Part shown: one piece after another, positions 43,636 through 54,061 of the stretch
Layout: each line of letters begins with the position of its first letter
Numbering within the stretch: the stretch's first letter is position 1
Made by a program: the position numbers and the translations under genes
The notes under the pieces: model-generated
What the model was told of the DNA's origin: nothing
The model's database searches: none
What the model saw: the letters and a program-made list of their open reading frames with translations, nothing else
IMG/VR virus record: IMGVR_UViG_3300044946_000428
Location: 4,777 to 68,776 of that record
Strand: one strand, 5' to 3'
DNA from: a virus
DNA: 64,000 bases

Positions 43636-44073
43636 ATGCGCCTTTACAACACTGAGGGCGCGGCTCAGGTCGACGACCCGGAATACGGAACGTTCAAGCC
43701 GGGTGAGTCGGGCGCGTTCGATGGCCTGCCGGACGGCATGTACGCGAAGCTTCACGGCCGGCCGGGCTGGGAGAACGAGGCGGAGCGAGCGGCGCGGCTC
43801 ACGGCGGAGCAGATGGAGAAGCTGCGAGACCCGGCAACGATGCTCGCGGAACTTCAGAAGATGACGGCCAATCAGAGCGAGTTCACGTCGCTGCTGGCGA
43901 ACGCGCTCGGCATGGCGAAGTCGGCCGACGCCGAGGCCCTGACGCCGCCCGCGCCCGCCGCATCCACCGCTCCGGCCGCCACCACTCCGGACGAGACGCC
44001 CACTTCGACTCCTGCGCCCGTGAAGCCCACGCGGACCTCGAAGAAGGCTGCTGCCGCGCCGCCCGCCGCCTGA
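43636..44073 (+). CDS. Head-associated/assembly protein (145 aa)
   Basis: GAGGAG SD; position after the capsid gene; Pro/Thr tail. Confidence 0.7.
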   Translation: MRLYNTEGAAQVDDPEYGTFKPGESGAFDGLPDGMYAKLHGRPGWENEAERAARLTAEQMEKLRDPATMLAELQKMTANQSEFTSLLANALGMAKSADAEALTPPAPAASTAPAATTPDETPTSTPAPVKPTRTSKKAAAAPPAA

Positions 44074-44119
44074 TCCTCTGCCCGCTTTGAACGCCTCCTG
44101 ACTGATCGGCCGGGCGGGG

Positions 44120-45106
44120 GTGGTCGGCGTGGGGCTTGGAACGCCGTATGTGACAGGGGCCGTGCTTCAGAATGCCCCGACGGGATCGGCGTGGTCGTCG
44201 ATTCCTACGCCGCAGTCTTCGCTTCCCGCGCAGGAGGCTGAGGCGACCAACGTGTGCTGGCGGGCCACGTCGATCGTGGACTCGTATTGCCACCAGGTTC
44301 TTCGCGCGACGGTCGCTAACGAGCAGCTGACTGGCCCGGGTGCGCCGCGCTTCGGGTTCATGCCCGGCACCGACCAGTACATGCTGACGATGCGCCAGTG
44401 GCCGATCTCGGAGATCCTCGCGATCCAGTACGCGGCCAACCGTCCGCCGCTGACGTGGAACACGGTCGCCTCGGACAAATACCTGATCAACCATCCACTG
44501 ATCGGGCAGTACACGGACACGGCGTCGGCTACCGCGCCAGACGGCGGCTGGTCGATCCAGGTGGACCCGTGCGCGATCAACGCGAGCTCGGGCGGCGTGT
44601 ATGGGCCGGCGCGTGGCGGCCGGTGGCGGCGTAATGGCCTGCGGCTGTTGGTGTCGTATACGAACGGCTGGCCGCACACGTCGCTTACCGCGCCTGTCGA
44701 GGCGGATGCCACCACGATCGAGGTGGACGACGTTACCGGCTGGGTGGGGGCGTCGGGGTTCTGCTACGACGGTTCGTTCACGGAGCAGGTCGCGGTTACG
44801 GATGTCGCCGCGAACAGTCCGCTTGCGCTGCCGAACGGCGTCGGGACGGCGCAGACGGGGCCGGGCACGGTGACGTTGTCGTCGCCGCTCGCTTTCGCGC
44901 ACGACGAGGGGACGCTGGTCTCTGCGCTGCCCGCGAATGTCATGCAGGCGACGATCCTGGTGGCGACGTCGCAGGTGCTGGATTCGGGGATCGAGTCGAT
45001 CAGTGCGCAGACGCTGTCGGGCTCGACGTCGCTGGGCGGCACGGGCGTCGCGGACCTGATCGGGCAGATCAAGGATCTGCTCAACCCGTACCGGCGGGTG
45101 GTCTAG
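44120..45106 (+). CDS. Head-tail adaptor
   Basis: ATSIVDSYC...V.Y..GW...LP..V.QATI...L.PYRR. Confidence 0.7.
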   Translation: MVGVGLGTPYVTGAVLQNAPTGSAWSSIPTPQSSLPAQEAEATNVCWRATSIVDSYCHQVLRATVANEQLTGPGAPRFGFMPGTDQYMLTMRQWPISEILAIQYAANRPPLTWNTVASDKYLINHPLIGQYTDTASATAPDGGWSIQVDPCAINASSGGVYGPARGGRWRRNGLRLLVSYTNGWPHTSLTAPVEADATTIEVDDVTGWVGASGFCYDGSFTEQVAVTDVAANSPLALPNGVGTAQTGPGTVTLSSPLAFAHDEGTLVSALPANVMQATILVATSQVLDSGIESISAQTLSGSTSLGGTGVADLIGQIKDLLNPYRRVV

Positions 45107-45589
45107 TTGGCCCTCAACGCGGTCCAATCGTACGTATACGGCTTGATTAACGGGCTCCAGATCCCGTGGGACGGCATCCCGCCGGTCACCGCGTACATCA
45201 CCCCTCCGGCGCCGGGCGCGTTCAACGGCCCGATCGCCCTGATTGCCGGTGCCCGCGCCCAGGCATCGCGAGAGACGATGCCGCGAGGCATGGGTTTCAA
45301 GAACCTGGTCTGGACGGTCGAGGTCTACCTGCACTACCAGTCGCCGCCCACGGCGCCGAACCTGGACCAGGTCTTCCCGATCATCGTGGACGCGGTCATG
45401 GCGGTGATGTGGAGCACGACGATGCCCAAGCCGATCGAGGACCCGACGACGGGCGCGAAGTCGAGTGTGATGAGCGTCGGCGAGCGGTTCACGGTGGACT
45501 ACCCGCCGGTGCGCACCGCGAACAAGTCCCAGACATACGTCTACGTGGCGCGGATCCAGTTCGAGGTCAAGGAACTGCTGCAGGCGTGA
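45107..45589 (+). CDS. Neck/tail-terminator-like protein
   Basis: Size, position and beta-rich sequence. Confidence 0.6.
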   Translation: MALNAVQSYVYGLINGLQIPWDGIPPVTAYITPPAPGAFNGPIALIAGARAQASRETMPRGMGFKNLVWTVEVYLHYQSPPTAPNLDQVFPIIVDAVMAVMWSTTMPKPIEDPTTGAKSSVMSVGERFTVDYPPVRTANKSQTYVYVARIQFEVKELLQA

Positions 45590-45601
45590 CGGAGGTGCGC
45601 G

Positions 45602-46042
45602 GTGCCCGACTCGTTCTTCTCGGCCGCCCTGGAAGGGGATTCGTCGAAACTCGCCGGTCTCGATGTGACGGCCGAGATGGCCGCCTGGGCGAAGAAGTGG
45701 TCCTCGGTGGTCACGGGCGAACTGGCCGGCGCGGCCCCGGTGGGTCAGGGCGAGAACGCGGGCGCACTACGGGACTCGATCGGCGCACCGGCGATCGAGG
45801 CCGGTGCGGGCCGGGTGTCGATGACGTGGACGTCGGACGCGCCGTACGCCGGGTTCGTGATCGCGGGTACGTCGCCGCATCCGATCTACCCGAAGAACGT
45901 CAAGGCGCTGCACTGGGACGACGTGTTCGCCCTGCACGTCAACCATCCGGGCACGCAGCCGGATCCGTTCCCGCAGCGCGCGATCGATCACCTGTTGCCG
46001 GAACTGACCGCGTCGCTCGCGGCAATTTTCGAGGAGATGTAG
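45602..46042 (+). CDS. HK97 gp10-like neck protein
   Basis: APV...GALRDSI...YA.FV..GT.PH...VNHPGT.P.PF..RA. Confidence 0.8.
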   Translation: MPDSFFSAALEGDSSKLAGLDVTAEMAAWAKKWSSVVTGELAGAAPVGQGENAGALRDSIGAPAIEAGAGRVSMTWTSDAPYAGFVIAGTSPHPIYPKNVKALHWDDVFALHVNHPGTQPDPFPQRAIDHLLPELTASLAAIFEEM

Positions 46043-46342
46043 ATGCCTGCCTCCACGCGTAAGACCGCCGATGCCACACCCGCTGACGAGGCCGAGGCCG
46101 CCGTTGTGCCGGTCGCGGAGTCGGAGGCGTCGGTGGCCGAGGAGGCGCCCGCCGCGGACGCTCCCGCGTCGCCGTCCGTCGAGGATTTCCGGGAGCCGGT
46201 GATGGTCGTGTTCAACGGGCAGGCGCAGTCGGCGGTGGCCGGCGTGGGCCTGTGTGACCCGGGTGTCGCGTACCTGCTGCCCGCGGCGGTCGCGGACGAC
46301 GTGTGCCGGGGCGGGCTGTTCACCCTCGTTGAGTCCGCCTGA
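46043..46342 (+). CDS. Hypothetical virion-associated protein (99 aa)
   Basis: Clean ORF with an acidic N-terminus. Confidence 0.6.
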   Translation: MPASTRKTADATPADEAEAAVVPVAESEASVAEEAPAADAPASPSVEDFREPVMVVFNGQAQSAVAGVGLCDPGVAYLLPAAVADDVCRGGLFTLVESA

Positions 46343-46360
46343 CCCACCCGATCTACCTGC

Positions 46361-46390
46361 GCCCCGCCTCATGCGGGGCTTTTTCTTTCT
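46361..46390 (+). terminator. Intrinsic terminator before the tail tube gene
   Basis: GCCCCGC-CTCAT-GCGGGGC followed by TTTTTCTTT. Confidence 0.7.
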
Positions 46391-46448
46391 CGCCTGCGCT
46401 GCACGGCGAGCACCTGTTGATGCCTAAGCGCAGAAAGGCGGCGGCGCC

Positions 46449-47675
46449 ATGACCACGGCGGTGACGGCGAAGTTCGGTGCCCTCTCGGACACGGGGATGG
46501 CGCAGGAGGCGGTGTACGGCCAGCCGCTGTCTGCGACGACGTATTTCCCGATGACCGGCAACGGGATGAACATCGACCCGGGGCTGTTCTCCCCGACGTT
46601 GATGTTCGGGCACCGGGACAAGAACTCGTTCGCGCTCAACGGCCAGTTCAAGAATGCGGGGACGCTGGCGGGCCCGGTGTGGCCGACGAACGCGGCCAGT
46701 CTGATTCCGGGCGCGATCGGAGCGGACGCGCAGGCCGGGTATGGGGTTGTGGGCACGGCCGCTTCGGGCTCGACGACGCTCTCGGGCGGCGTTTCGGCCG
46801 GGGCGACCACTATCACGGTGGCGTCGGCGACGGGCTTCACGACCGGGCAGATCATCCAGCTGGACGTGAACAACACGGCGACGCCGACGACCTCGGAATG
46901 CCGGAAGATCACCGTCTCGGGCAGCACGTTCACGCTGGACAAGCCGCTCGCCTACGCGCACCTGACGGGTGTGGCCGTGGTGGGGGTGCAGGCGCCGTAC
47001 ACGCACTCGATCCAGCAGGCCGTCGCGCTCCCGTCCTACACAGTGGAGAAGTGCCTCGGCGGCCCCGCGTCGCTGGGCGGCCAGTCGATTCTGTTCGCCG
47101 GTTCCCGCGTGAACAAGCTGTCGATCAATGTGACGGCGACGGACGCGGAGGCGGCGCTTTCGGCGGACATGGTGGCGCAGTCGGCGGCGGTGCTCGACTC
47201 GCCGACGACCGTCGCCGTGATCAACGAGATGCCGTACGTGTTTGCCGAGGGCACGCTCAGCCTGTTCGGGCAGACGGTGGCGCAGGCCTCCGGGTTCACC
47301 ATGGACATCGACAACCACCTGATCTCGACGTACACGTTCAACCAGTCGCACAACCTGCAGTTCCTGACCCCCGGCATGCTCGAGGTCAGCGGGAAGATCG
47401 ACCTGGTGTGGCAGTCGTTCGACGACGCCACCTGGGGCTACTGGACCCAGGCGCTCAACGGCGGCCACGGCGTGCTCTCCTTCACGCTCGCGCACCCGAC
47501 GAACGGCGGCTCGGTCTCCTTCTCGTGCCCGAACGTGTACATCAAGACGGATGCCGACGACCCGAAGCCCGAGGACATCGTCATGGAGTCCCTCAACTAC
47601 CTGGCGTTCCTGAACTTCGCGACGAACAACACGATCTCCGCGACGATCATCGACTCCTCTTACCTGCCGCTCTGA
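46449..47675 (+). CDS. Major tail tube protein (non-contractile)
   Basis: G.AQE..YG...PSYTVEK...G.RVNKL...L..G..EVSG.I.L.W tail-tube pattern; lies before the chaperone and tape measure genes. Confidence 0.82.
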   Translation: MTTAVTAKFGALSDTGMAQEAVYGQPLSATTYFPMTGNGMNIDPGLFSPTLMFGHRDKNSFALNGQFKNAGTLAGPVWPTNAASLIPGAIGADAQAGYGVVGTAASGSTTLSGGVSAGATTITVASATGFTTGQIIQLDVNNTATPTTSECRKITVSGSTFTLDKPLAYAHLTGVAVVGVQAPYTHSIQQAVALPSYTVEKCLGGPASLGGQSILFAGSRVNKLSINVTATDAEAALSADMVAQSAAVLDSPTTVAVINEMPYVFAEGTLSLFGQTVAQASGFTMDIDNHLISTYTFNQSHNLQFLTPGMLEVSGKIDLVWQSFDDATWGYWTQALNGGHGVLSFTLAHPTNGGSVSFSCPNVYIKTDADDPKPEDIVMESLNYLAFLNFATNNTISATIIDSSYLPL

Positions 47676-47746
47676 CCGGCCCCACCTCCCACGCCGCGCC
47701 CGCGCATACCCGCGCCGGGCGCTTCACTGTTTCTAAGGACACGCAC

Positions 47747-48334
47747 ATGGGTTTCATGAGCCGCTATGCCGGGACCGAGCGGGTCGATGTGACCGACCTC
47801 GGGCCCGACGACGGCACCGAGTACTGGGTCGAGATCCGCTCGTCGCTCTCCGGGGACGAGTGGGACCGCGCGGACGCGCTGCACGTGAAGACGGCCGCGA
47901 ACATGAAGATGGGCGCCGGCAAGGCGGCCCGTCAGGCTGCCGCGAAGCGCCGGGCCGCGATGGCGAACGGCGCGCAGCCGGAGGACGACGACGACCTGAC
48001 CGCGCTGCTGTCCTTCGACACGGTCGCCTACCGGCGGGCGCTGCTCGAGGCCGCGATCGTCTCCTGGAACCTCACGGACCAGCACGGCCGCCCGCTCCCT
48101 CTCAAGGACAAGGAGGGTCGGGCCGCGTCGATCCGGGTGCTGCCCGGGGAGGTGCGGGACCGGCTGTTCGAGCGGATCGAGGAGGGCCGGCCGAAGAAGC
48201 GCACCAAGGACGAGGACGCCGACTTTCCAGGCGACGTGCCGGTCGGCGGCGAGGCGCGGGAAATCGGAGCATCCGCTGATCCAGGAAATCTGGATGCGTC
48301 AGATCTGGTGGTCGCGAACTGGGCTGACGCTTGA
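47747..48334 (+). CDS. Tail assembly chaperone
   Basis: YWVEIR...LL..AIVSWNLTD..G.PLP...LP; between tube and tape measure genes. Confidence 0.75.
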   Translation: MGFMSRYAGTERVDVTDLGPDDGTEYWVEIRSSLSGDEWDRADALHVKTAANMKMGAGKAARQAAAKRRAAMANGAQPEDDDDLTALLSFDTVAYRRALLEAAIVSWNLTDQHGRPLPLKDKEGRAASIRVLPGEVRDRLFERIEEGRPKKRTKDEDADFPGDVPVGGEAREIGASADPGNLDASDLVVANWADA

Positions 48335-48509
48335 GCAGGCCCGAGCCCGGCATGACCCGCAGGAGTTCGCGGACGCGCTGACGTTCTGGCGGATCGAGGC
48401 CGAGGAGCGAAACGCCAAGGGCGGCTCCGGTGGCGGCCAGGACCCCGAGGCGGTGGACGCCGCGTTCGCACGGCTGCCGAGGATCGAACGGCCCCCGACG
48501 GCCGGCTGA
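48222..48509 (+). CDS. Tail assembly chaperone, frameshift-extension ORF
   Basis: Open +1 frame ..HPLIQEIWMRQIWWSRTGLT...AEERNAK; ATG at 48294 has no obvious SD. Confidence 0.55.
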   Translation, partial: TFQATCRSAARRGKSEHPLIQEIWMRQIWWSRTGLTLEQARARHDPQEFADALTFWRIEAEERNAKGGSGGGQDPEAVDAAFARLPRIERPPTAG

Positions 48510-48533
48510 CGTGCACGGGGCGGAGGTGGCCTC

Positions 48534-51500
48534 GTGGCGGACTCGGTCACCGTCCTGCTGATGCTCGAGGCGATCGACAAGGCCTCGCAGATCATCGAGC
48601 GGATCTCGGGGAAGCTCGACGCGCTCGGCGAGAAGGCGCAGGCCGCAGCCGACAAGGCCGGCATGACCGGCGAGGAGCTTGAGGCCGCGCAGGTCAAGGC
48701 CGAGGCTGCCGCGAACGCGTATGCCGCCGCGGTGGACGAGCAGGACGCGGCGCAGGCCCGGCTGCTCGAGTCCACGCAGGCCGTCAGGGACGCGCAGAGT
48801 GCGGCGGCCGAGTCTGCGGCCCGGCTCGCGGAGGCGGATGCGGCCGTGGCCTCCGGAGTGGAGGAGGCGGCGACCGCCGCGCAGGCCTCGTATGCGGACA
48901 TCGCGGCTGCCGCCGACGCGTCGTCGGCGGCAGTGAAGGCCGCGATCGCCGAGCAGGTCGTCGCGCTCGATGCGCTCGGTGTCGCGCAGAAGGAAGCGGC
49001 GGCGCGGGCGGATGAGTCGGCGGCGGCGCAGGACGCGGCGTCCACCTCGACGGACCTGTCTGGGATGGCTCTCAAGGGCCTGGCTATCGGGGCCGCGGCG
49101 ACGGCGGCGGCTGTGGCGGGCATCGGCTACGAGTCCGTCAAGGCTGCGGCGAACTTCCAGTCAGCCACCACGGTGCTGGTGACGTCCGGGGGCGAGACTG
49201 CGCAGAACATCGAGATGGTGCGTCAGGGGATTCTGGGCCTGGCCTCATCCACGGGTACCGCGACGCAGCAGTTGATCAACGGCATGTACCTGATCGGCAG
49301 CGCGGGCTACACGGGCGCACAGGGCCTGAACGTCCTCAGGGCCGCGGCGCAGGGCGCGAAAGCGGAGAACGCGGACCTCGGCACCGTGTCCAACGCGCTG
49401 ACCACCGTCATGCACGACTACGGACACGGTGCCTCGAGCGCGACGGCCGACATGGATGAACTGATCACCACGGTCCAGAACGGCAAGACCACCACGGAGG
49501 CGCTCGCGTCGTCGCTTTCCACGGTGCTGCCGATCGCCGCCAAGGCCGGGCTGAATTACGCGCAGGTCGGCGGCGCGCTGGCGACGATGACCGCCGAGGG
49601 CATGAGCGCGCAGAACGCGTCGCGCGACCTGGCGAACACGATCACCAATCTGCAGGGCCCGAGCCAGATCGCATCCAAGGAGATGGCCCAGATGGGCCTG
49701 AACTCCAACGACCTGTCTAAGAACCTCGGCAAGGTCGGGCTCGCCGGGACGATCGAAGAGGTCACGAACGCGATCCAGCAGCACATGGGCCCGGCCGGCC
49801 TGGTCGTGGTCAGCGCGTTCCAGAACTCGGCCGCCGCGACGCAGAACCTTCAGACGATCATGTCGAAGATGCCGGCGGACCTGAAGTCCCTGGCGACCGA
49901 GATCGTGAACGGCACGATCAGCACCAAGGATCTGCGGACCGCGACCTACGGACTCAACACCGAGCAGGCGAAGCAGATCAGCCAGCTCGAGACTGTGGTC
50001 GGGCAGACCCACGAGTTCAACAGCGCCCTGACGTCCGGGACCCCGGCGCAGATCACGGCCGCGAAGGCCCTGCAGACGATGCTCGGGGGCCAGGTCGGGC
50101 TGAACTCGGCCCTGATGATCTCCTCCGACAAGTACAGGACGGTGACCGGCGACACGAACGCGATTGCCGCGGCCGGTAAGACGGCGGGGGCGAACGTCGA
50201 GGGCTGGGCCGAGATCCAGGGCAACATGAATCAGAAACTTGACGAGCTCAGGCAGACGGTGGAGGCCGCCTGCATCCAGCTCGGTACGGCGCTGCTGCCG
50301 ATGGTCACGAAGATCCTCGACGTCGTCATGAAGATCGTGGCGCCGATCGCGGACTGGATCGAGCACAACAAGACGTTGGCCGCCGGGATCCTGCTGGTCG
50401 TCGGCGGCCTGGCGATCCTGGTGACGACGATGGTCATAGTCGCCAAGATCATAAAGACGGTGCGCGATGCGTGGAGCATACTCGGCAGCGCACTCGACCT
50501 GGTTACGGGCAAGACCGCCAGGGCCGCTGCCGCAGCCAAGGCCGCCGCCGCGGAATCGGAGGCGGCCGGGGAAGGGGTCGCCGCGGAAGCCGCCGCGGCC
50601 GACGCCGCCAGCGGGAGCATGGAGGCGCTCGCGGAGACCACCGAGGCCGCCGCGACGGCAGCGGACGACAGTGCGGTCGCGGCCGACGCGTCGGCGCTGG
50701 CGTGGGTCCGCTCGGGGCTCGCCGCCGCGGCTTCGGCGGTGAAATTCGTTGTGATGCAGGCCGCGCAGCTTGCCGCGGCAGCGGCTTCGAAGGCCGTCGC
50801 GGCCGCGCAGTGGCTGGTGAACGCGGCGATGAAAGCGGACCCGATCACCCTGATCATCATCGCGATCGTGGCGCTGGTCGCGGCGTTCGTCCTGCTGTGG
50901 AACGAGTCGGCGGGGTTCCGCGACTTCTGGATCGGCGCCTGGTCGGACATCGAGGGCGCGGCCGAGGCAGTCTGGCGTTTCCTCGAGACCGTCTGGGCCG
51001 CCATTGTCGCAGGGTTCGAACTCGTTGTCGACGGCGCCGAGAGCGCGGTCTCGTGGTTCGAATCGCTCCCCGGCAAGTTCGCCGCGTGGATGGCCGGCGT
51101 CCTGAGTGCGGTGGCCGGCGACGGCGCGAAAATCCTCTCGTGGTTCACGTCCCTGCCGGGGGAGATCCTCTCGGCGCTCGGCAGCCTCGGAGGGCTGCTC
51201 GTCAGGGCGGGCCAAGATGTGATCTCCGGACTGCTCAACGGGATCAAGAACATCGCGGCGTCGGTAACATCGTTCTTCGCCGGCATCCCGGGCTACATCG
51301 AGGGGTTCTTCGCGGGCGCGGGGACGTGGCTGTTCGACATCGGCAAAAGCATCCTCGAGGGCCTGGTCAACGGGGCGAAGTCCGCGTGGAGCGATGTGAC
51401 GGGGTTCTTCGGCGGCATCGGATCGGCGATCATCAATATGAAGGGGCCGCCGGAGTACGACAGGGTGATGCTGGTCGGCAACGGGCAGTTGATCATGCAG

Positions 51501-51794
51501 GGCCTTATGGCCGGGTTCGACTCCCAGGTCCCCGCGCTGCACGCGAAACTCGGATCGATCACCACAAGCATCAAAACGGACATGACCGGGCCGCAGAACC
51601 TCAGCCAATCGTTCGCCGCGGGGCTCGGCGGGGCCGCTTCGCCGGGCGCCGGCGGCGGCACGCTCGTGCAGCAGACGTTCACCGGGAACTACCTGATGTC
51701 CGACTCGGACATGACCAAGTTCGCGAACTTCGTCGGGAACAAAGTCGTCACGCAGCTCGCGCCGCAGGGCGGCGTCAAGACGTTGCTGAGGTGA
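48534..51794 (+). CDS. Tape measure protein (TP901-like domain)
   Basis: 1086 aa, Ala-rich coiled coil, AANFQS..T, W-spaced repeats, hydrophobic segments. Confidence 0.93.
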   Translation: MADSVTVLLMLEAIDKASQIIERISGKLDALGEKAQAAADKAGMTGEELEAAQVKAEAAANAYAAAVDEQDAAQARLLESTQAVRDAQSAAAESAARLAEADAAVASGVEEAATAAQASYADIAAAADASSAAVKAAIAEQVVALDALGVAQKEAAARADESAAAQDAASTSTDLSGMALKGLAIGAAATAAAVAGIGYESVKAAANFQSATTVLVTSGGETAQNIEMVRQGILGLASSTGTATQQLINGMYLIGSAGYTGAQGLNVLRAAAQGAKAENADLGTVSNALTTVMHDYGHGASSATADMDELITTVQNGKTTTEALASSLSTVLPIAAKAGLNYAQVGGALATMTAEGMSAQNASRDLANTITNLQGPSQIASKEMAQMGLNSNDLSKNLGKVGLAGTIEEVTNAIQQHMGPAGLVVVSAFQNSAAATQNLQTIMSKMPADLKSLATEIVNGTISTKDLRTATYGLNTEQAKQISQLETVVGQTHEFNSALTSGTPAQITAAKALQTMLGGQVGLNSALMISSDKYRTVTGDTNAIAAAGKTAGANVEGWAEIQGNMNQKLDELRQTVEAACIQLGTALLPMVTKILDVVMKIVAPIADWIEHNKTLAAGILLVVGGLAILVTTMVIVAKIIKTVRDAWSILGSALDLVTGKTARAAAAAKAAAAESEAAGEGVAAEAAAADAASGSMEALAETTEAAATAADDSAVAADASALAWVRSGLAAAASAVKFVVMQAAQLAAAAASKAVAAAQWLVNAAMKADPITLIIIAIVALVAAFVLLWNESAGFRDFWIGAWSDIEGAAEAVWRFLETVWAAIVAGFELVVDGAESAVSWFESLPGKFAAWMAGVLSAVAGDGAKILSWFTSLPGEILSALGSLGGLLVRAGQDVISGLLNGIKNIAASVTSFFAGIPGYIEGFFAGAGTWLFDIGKSILEGLVNGAKSAWSDVTGFFGGIGSAIINMKGPPEYDRVMLVGNGQLIMQGLMAGFDSQVPALHAKLGSITTSIKTDMTGPQNLSQSFAAGLGGAASPGAGGGTLVQQTFTGNYLMSDSDMTKFANFVGNKVVTQLAPQGGVKTLLR

Positions 51795-51798
51795 CATC

Positions 51799-53187
51799 GT
51801 GGTCGCCGCCCCGCACCTGACCCTGACCGTGACGCCGCCGGGCGGCTCGCCCACCGACTACACCACGCACCTCGCGTGGGCGGGCGCCCAGCAGCAGATG
51901 ACGGTCACGCAGAATTTCGGGCGTCAGGGCGACACGGCGACGCTCGCGATCATCGAGGACTACGCCGCAGCAGGCACCCCGACCATCGCGATCCACGGCA
52001 TGTCGCAGGTCTCGCTCTACGACAACACCGCCGCGGCGAGTCTGTTCGCGGGGGTCGCGAACTCCGTGACCCAATCCGTGATCGTCAACAAGGCGCTCAA
52101 CGAGTGGGACCTCGGCGCCGTCGACTACACCCTGTACGCCGACAACAAAGACGTCCACGGAATCTTCTACGGCTGGACCGTCGATCAGATCGTCGTCAGC
52201 CTGGTCCAGCAGGCGAACTGCGGGATCACCGCCGCGACGGTCGCGAACGGCGGGTACGTCGAGCCCGGCCCCCAGCTGGCCAGCTACGTGCTCAATTTCA
52301 ACCCGCTGTCCACGGCGTGGCGGCAGCTTGCGAACCTCGCCGGCTCCACCACCCCGTGGGGCTGGTATGTGGACCAGAACCTCGAATTGCATTTCTTCCC
52401 CGGCACCGAGGCGCTCTCCTCCGGGGTCACGTTCACCACCTCCGCGACCGCGTCCGGTTCCCTGACCGAGGGCCACATCCTCCTCGACAGCCAGAACGCC
52501 TACCAGCAGGACGGCACCAGCCTCTCGAACGTGATCCTCGTGCAGGGCGCGAACCAGACCATCTCCTACGGGTCCACGACCAGCACCCCGACGGATACGT
52601 GGCTCGCCGACGGCACGGCCTCGGCGTGGCCGCTGCGCTACACCGTCTCCGGCACGCCCGTCCTGCACATCGGCGGCGTCGTCACGGCCGTCGTGGTGGC
52701 GACGTCCGGGACGACCGCGTCCGGGCCCTGGGTCGTCGAACAGAACTCGATCGGCCAGTATTTCCTGGTCGCCGCGACCGCCCCGGCCGCGGGCACCGAG
52801 ATCCAGATCTGGTACACCTACCTCGTGCCGGTGGTCGCGCAGGCCTCCGACCAGGCGTCGATCAGCGAGTACACGGGGCCGAACGGCGGGGTCTACTCCC
52901 AGTTCGTCTCGGACTCGTCGCTCACGACCGTGCCGATGGCGCTCGCCAGGGCGATGCAGATGCGCTCCGAGTACGCGTTCGTCGTCGAACGCTTCACGTT
53001 CAACACGTCCCCCGACTTCATCGGGTGGGTGCGCGCGGGCTGGACGTGCGTCGTGGTCGACATGTTCGCCTACGACATCCAGAACAGTGTTTTCGGACTC
53101 ACGGACACGTTCGTGATCGTTGCGAACACGGTCACGTTCGGCGACGGCGGCTACCGGTCGATGCAGGTCACGGCCGTGCGTATCTAA
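51799..53187 (+). CDS. Distal tail/hub protein
   Basis: Beta-rich 462-aa ORF immediately after the tape measure gene. Confidence 0.7.
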   Translation: MVAAPHLTLTVTPPGGSPTDYTTHLAWAGAQQQMTVTQNFGRQGDTATLAIIEDYAAAGTPTIAIHGMSQVSLYDNTAAASLFAGVANSVTQSVIVNKALNEWDLGAVDYTLYADNKDVHGIFYGWTVDQIVVSLVQQANCGITAATVANGGYVEPGPQLASYVLNFNPLSTAWRQLANLAGSTTPWGWYVDQNLELHFFPGTEALSSGVTFTTSATASGSLTEGHILLDSQNAYQQDGTSLSNVILVQGANQTISYGSTTSTPTDTWLADGTASAWPLRYTVSGTPVLHIGGVVTAVVVATSGTTASGPWVVEQNSIGQYFLVAATAPAAGTEIQIWYTYLVPVVAQASDQASISEYTGPNGGVYSQFVSDSSLTTVPMALARAMQMRSEYAFVVERFTFNTSPDFIGWVRAGWTCVVVDMFAYDIQNSVFGLTDTFVIVANTVTFGDGGYRSMQVTAVRI

Positions 53188-53196
53188 GGGGGCCGC

Positions 53197-53412
53197 ATGC
53201 CGTCGGGTGTATACCGGCCGATGACGTGGGCGGACCTGCTCAACTCGATCAACGGGCAGAACTCCGCGAGCGTCGACACCGCCACCTCGGGCCTCGGGTA
53301 CGTCGCCGAGGCCGACGAGCAGACCGCGTGGGCGGACGCGGCCACGGGGATCGTCTTCACCGGCTACCCCGGCTGGGACCAGGAGGTGTGGGGTGCCACC
53401 GCTTGGCAGTGA
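53197..53412 (+). CDS. Small tail/baseplate protein (71 aa)
   Basis: Clean ORF in the tail operon. Confidence 0.6.
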   Translation: MPSGVYRPMTWADLLNSINGQNSASVDTATSGLGYVAEADEQTAWADAATGIVFTGYPGWDQEVWGATAWQ

Positions 53413-53413
53413 A

Positions 53414-54052
53414 ATGCGGGGCGCCGCCGCCGCCCACGCGTCCGAGTCTCTCGCGCTGCGTGGACGCCTTGCCGCGACCGTCGTGCGCGGCAGCGACCGC
53501 CTTGCCGCAGCGGACCTCGCCGAGTACCTCGAGTTGACGATGCGCCAAGGACTCACGGGCGCCGACGCGCTGGCCCGGATCACCGGCGAACCGGACACGG
53601 CCGGCGAGCACCGCGAGGGCGGCAACGTCATGTGCACCACCGGATACAGCGCCCTCGCCGCCGCGCTCGTGTGGTCCGGGCTCCAGGACCAGGCCTCGAG
53701 CCTGGGGTTGGCCTCGGCGACCTTTCTCACGCCCCTGTACGGCGCGGTCGGCTCGGGCACCGGGACTCCGGCGAAGAGCGATACGGCGCTGTTCGCGGAG
53801 CTCGGCCGGCAGACGGTCGGAGCGGGCGCATCGAACCCGGCGTCGTCGAGCATCGCCGCGTACTGCACGTGGCTGTTCTATTTCACCTCTCCCGCGACAG
53901 CCTGGACGGTGGCGGAGGCGGGACTGTTCGCGAGTGCATCCTCCACGACCAACAGCGGCACGATGATCGACCACTGGTCGTTCTCGCCGACCTTGTCCGT
54001 TCCGACGAACGACTCGCTGCTGTTGCAAATCAGCCTGCTCCTCGGACCGTAG
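53414..54052 (+). CDS. Minor tail protein
   Basis: AVGSGT.TPA.SDTAL.AELGR...W...EAGLF pattern of baseplate/fibre-anchor proteins. Confidence 0.7.
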   Translation: MRGAAAAHASESLALRGRLAATVVRGSDRLAAADLAEYLELTMRQGLTGADALARITGEPDTAGEHREGGNVMCTTGYSALAAALVWSGLQDQASSLGLASATFLTPLYGAVGSGTGTPAKSDTALFAELGRQTVGAGASNPASSSIAAYCTWLFYFTSPATAWTVAEAGLFASASSTTNSGTMIDHWSFSPTLSVPTNDSLLLQISLLLGP

Positions 54053-54061
54053 GGAGGCGGC

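Noticed and set aside
43636-48509. Contractile tail or phage-tail-like bacteriocin
   Set aside because: No sheath or baseplate-wedge genes recognised; a long tape measure gene and full head genes indicate a siphovirus
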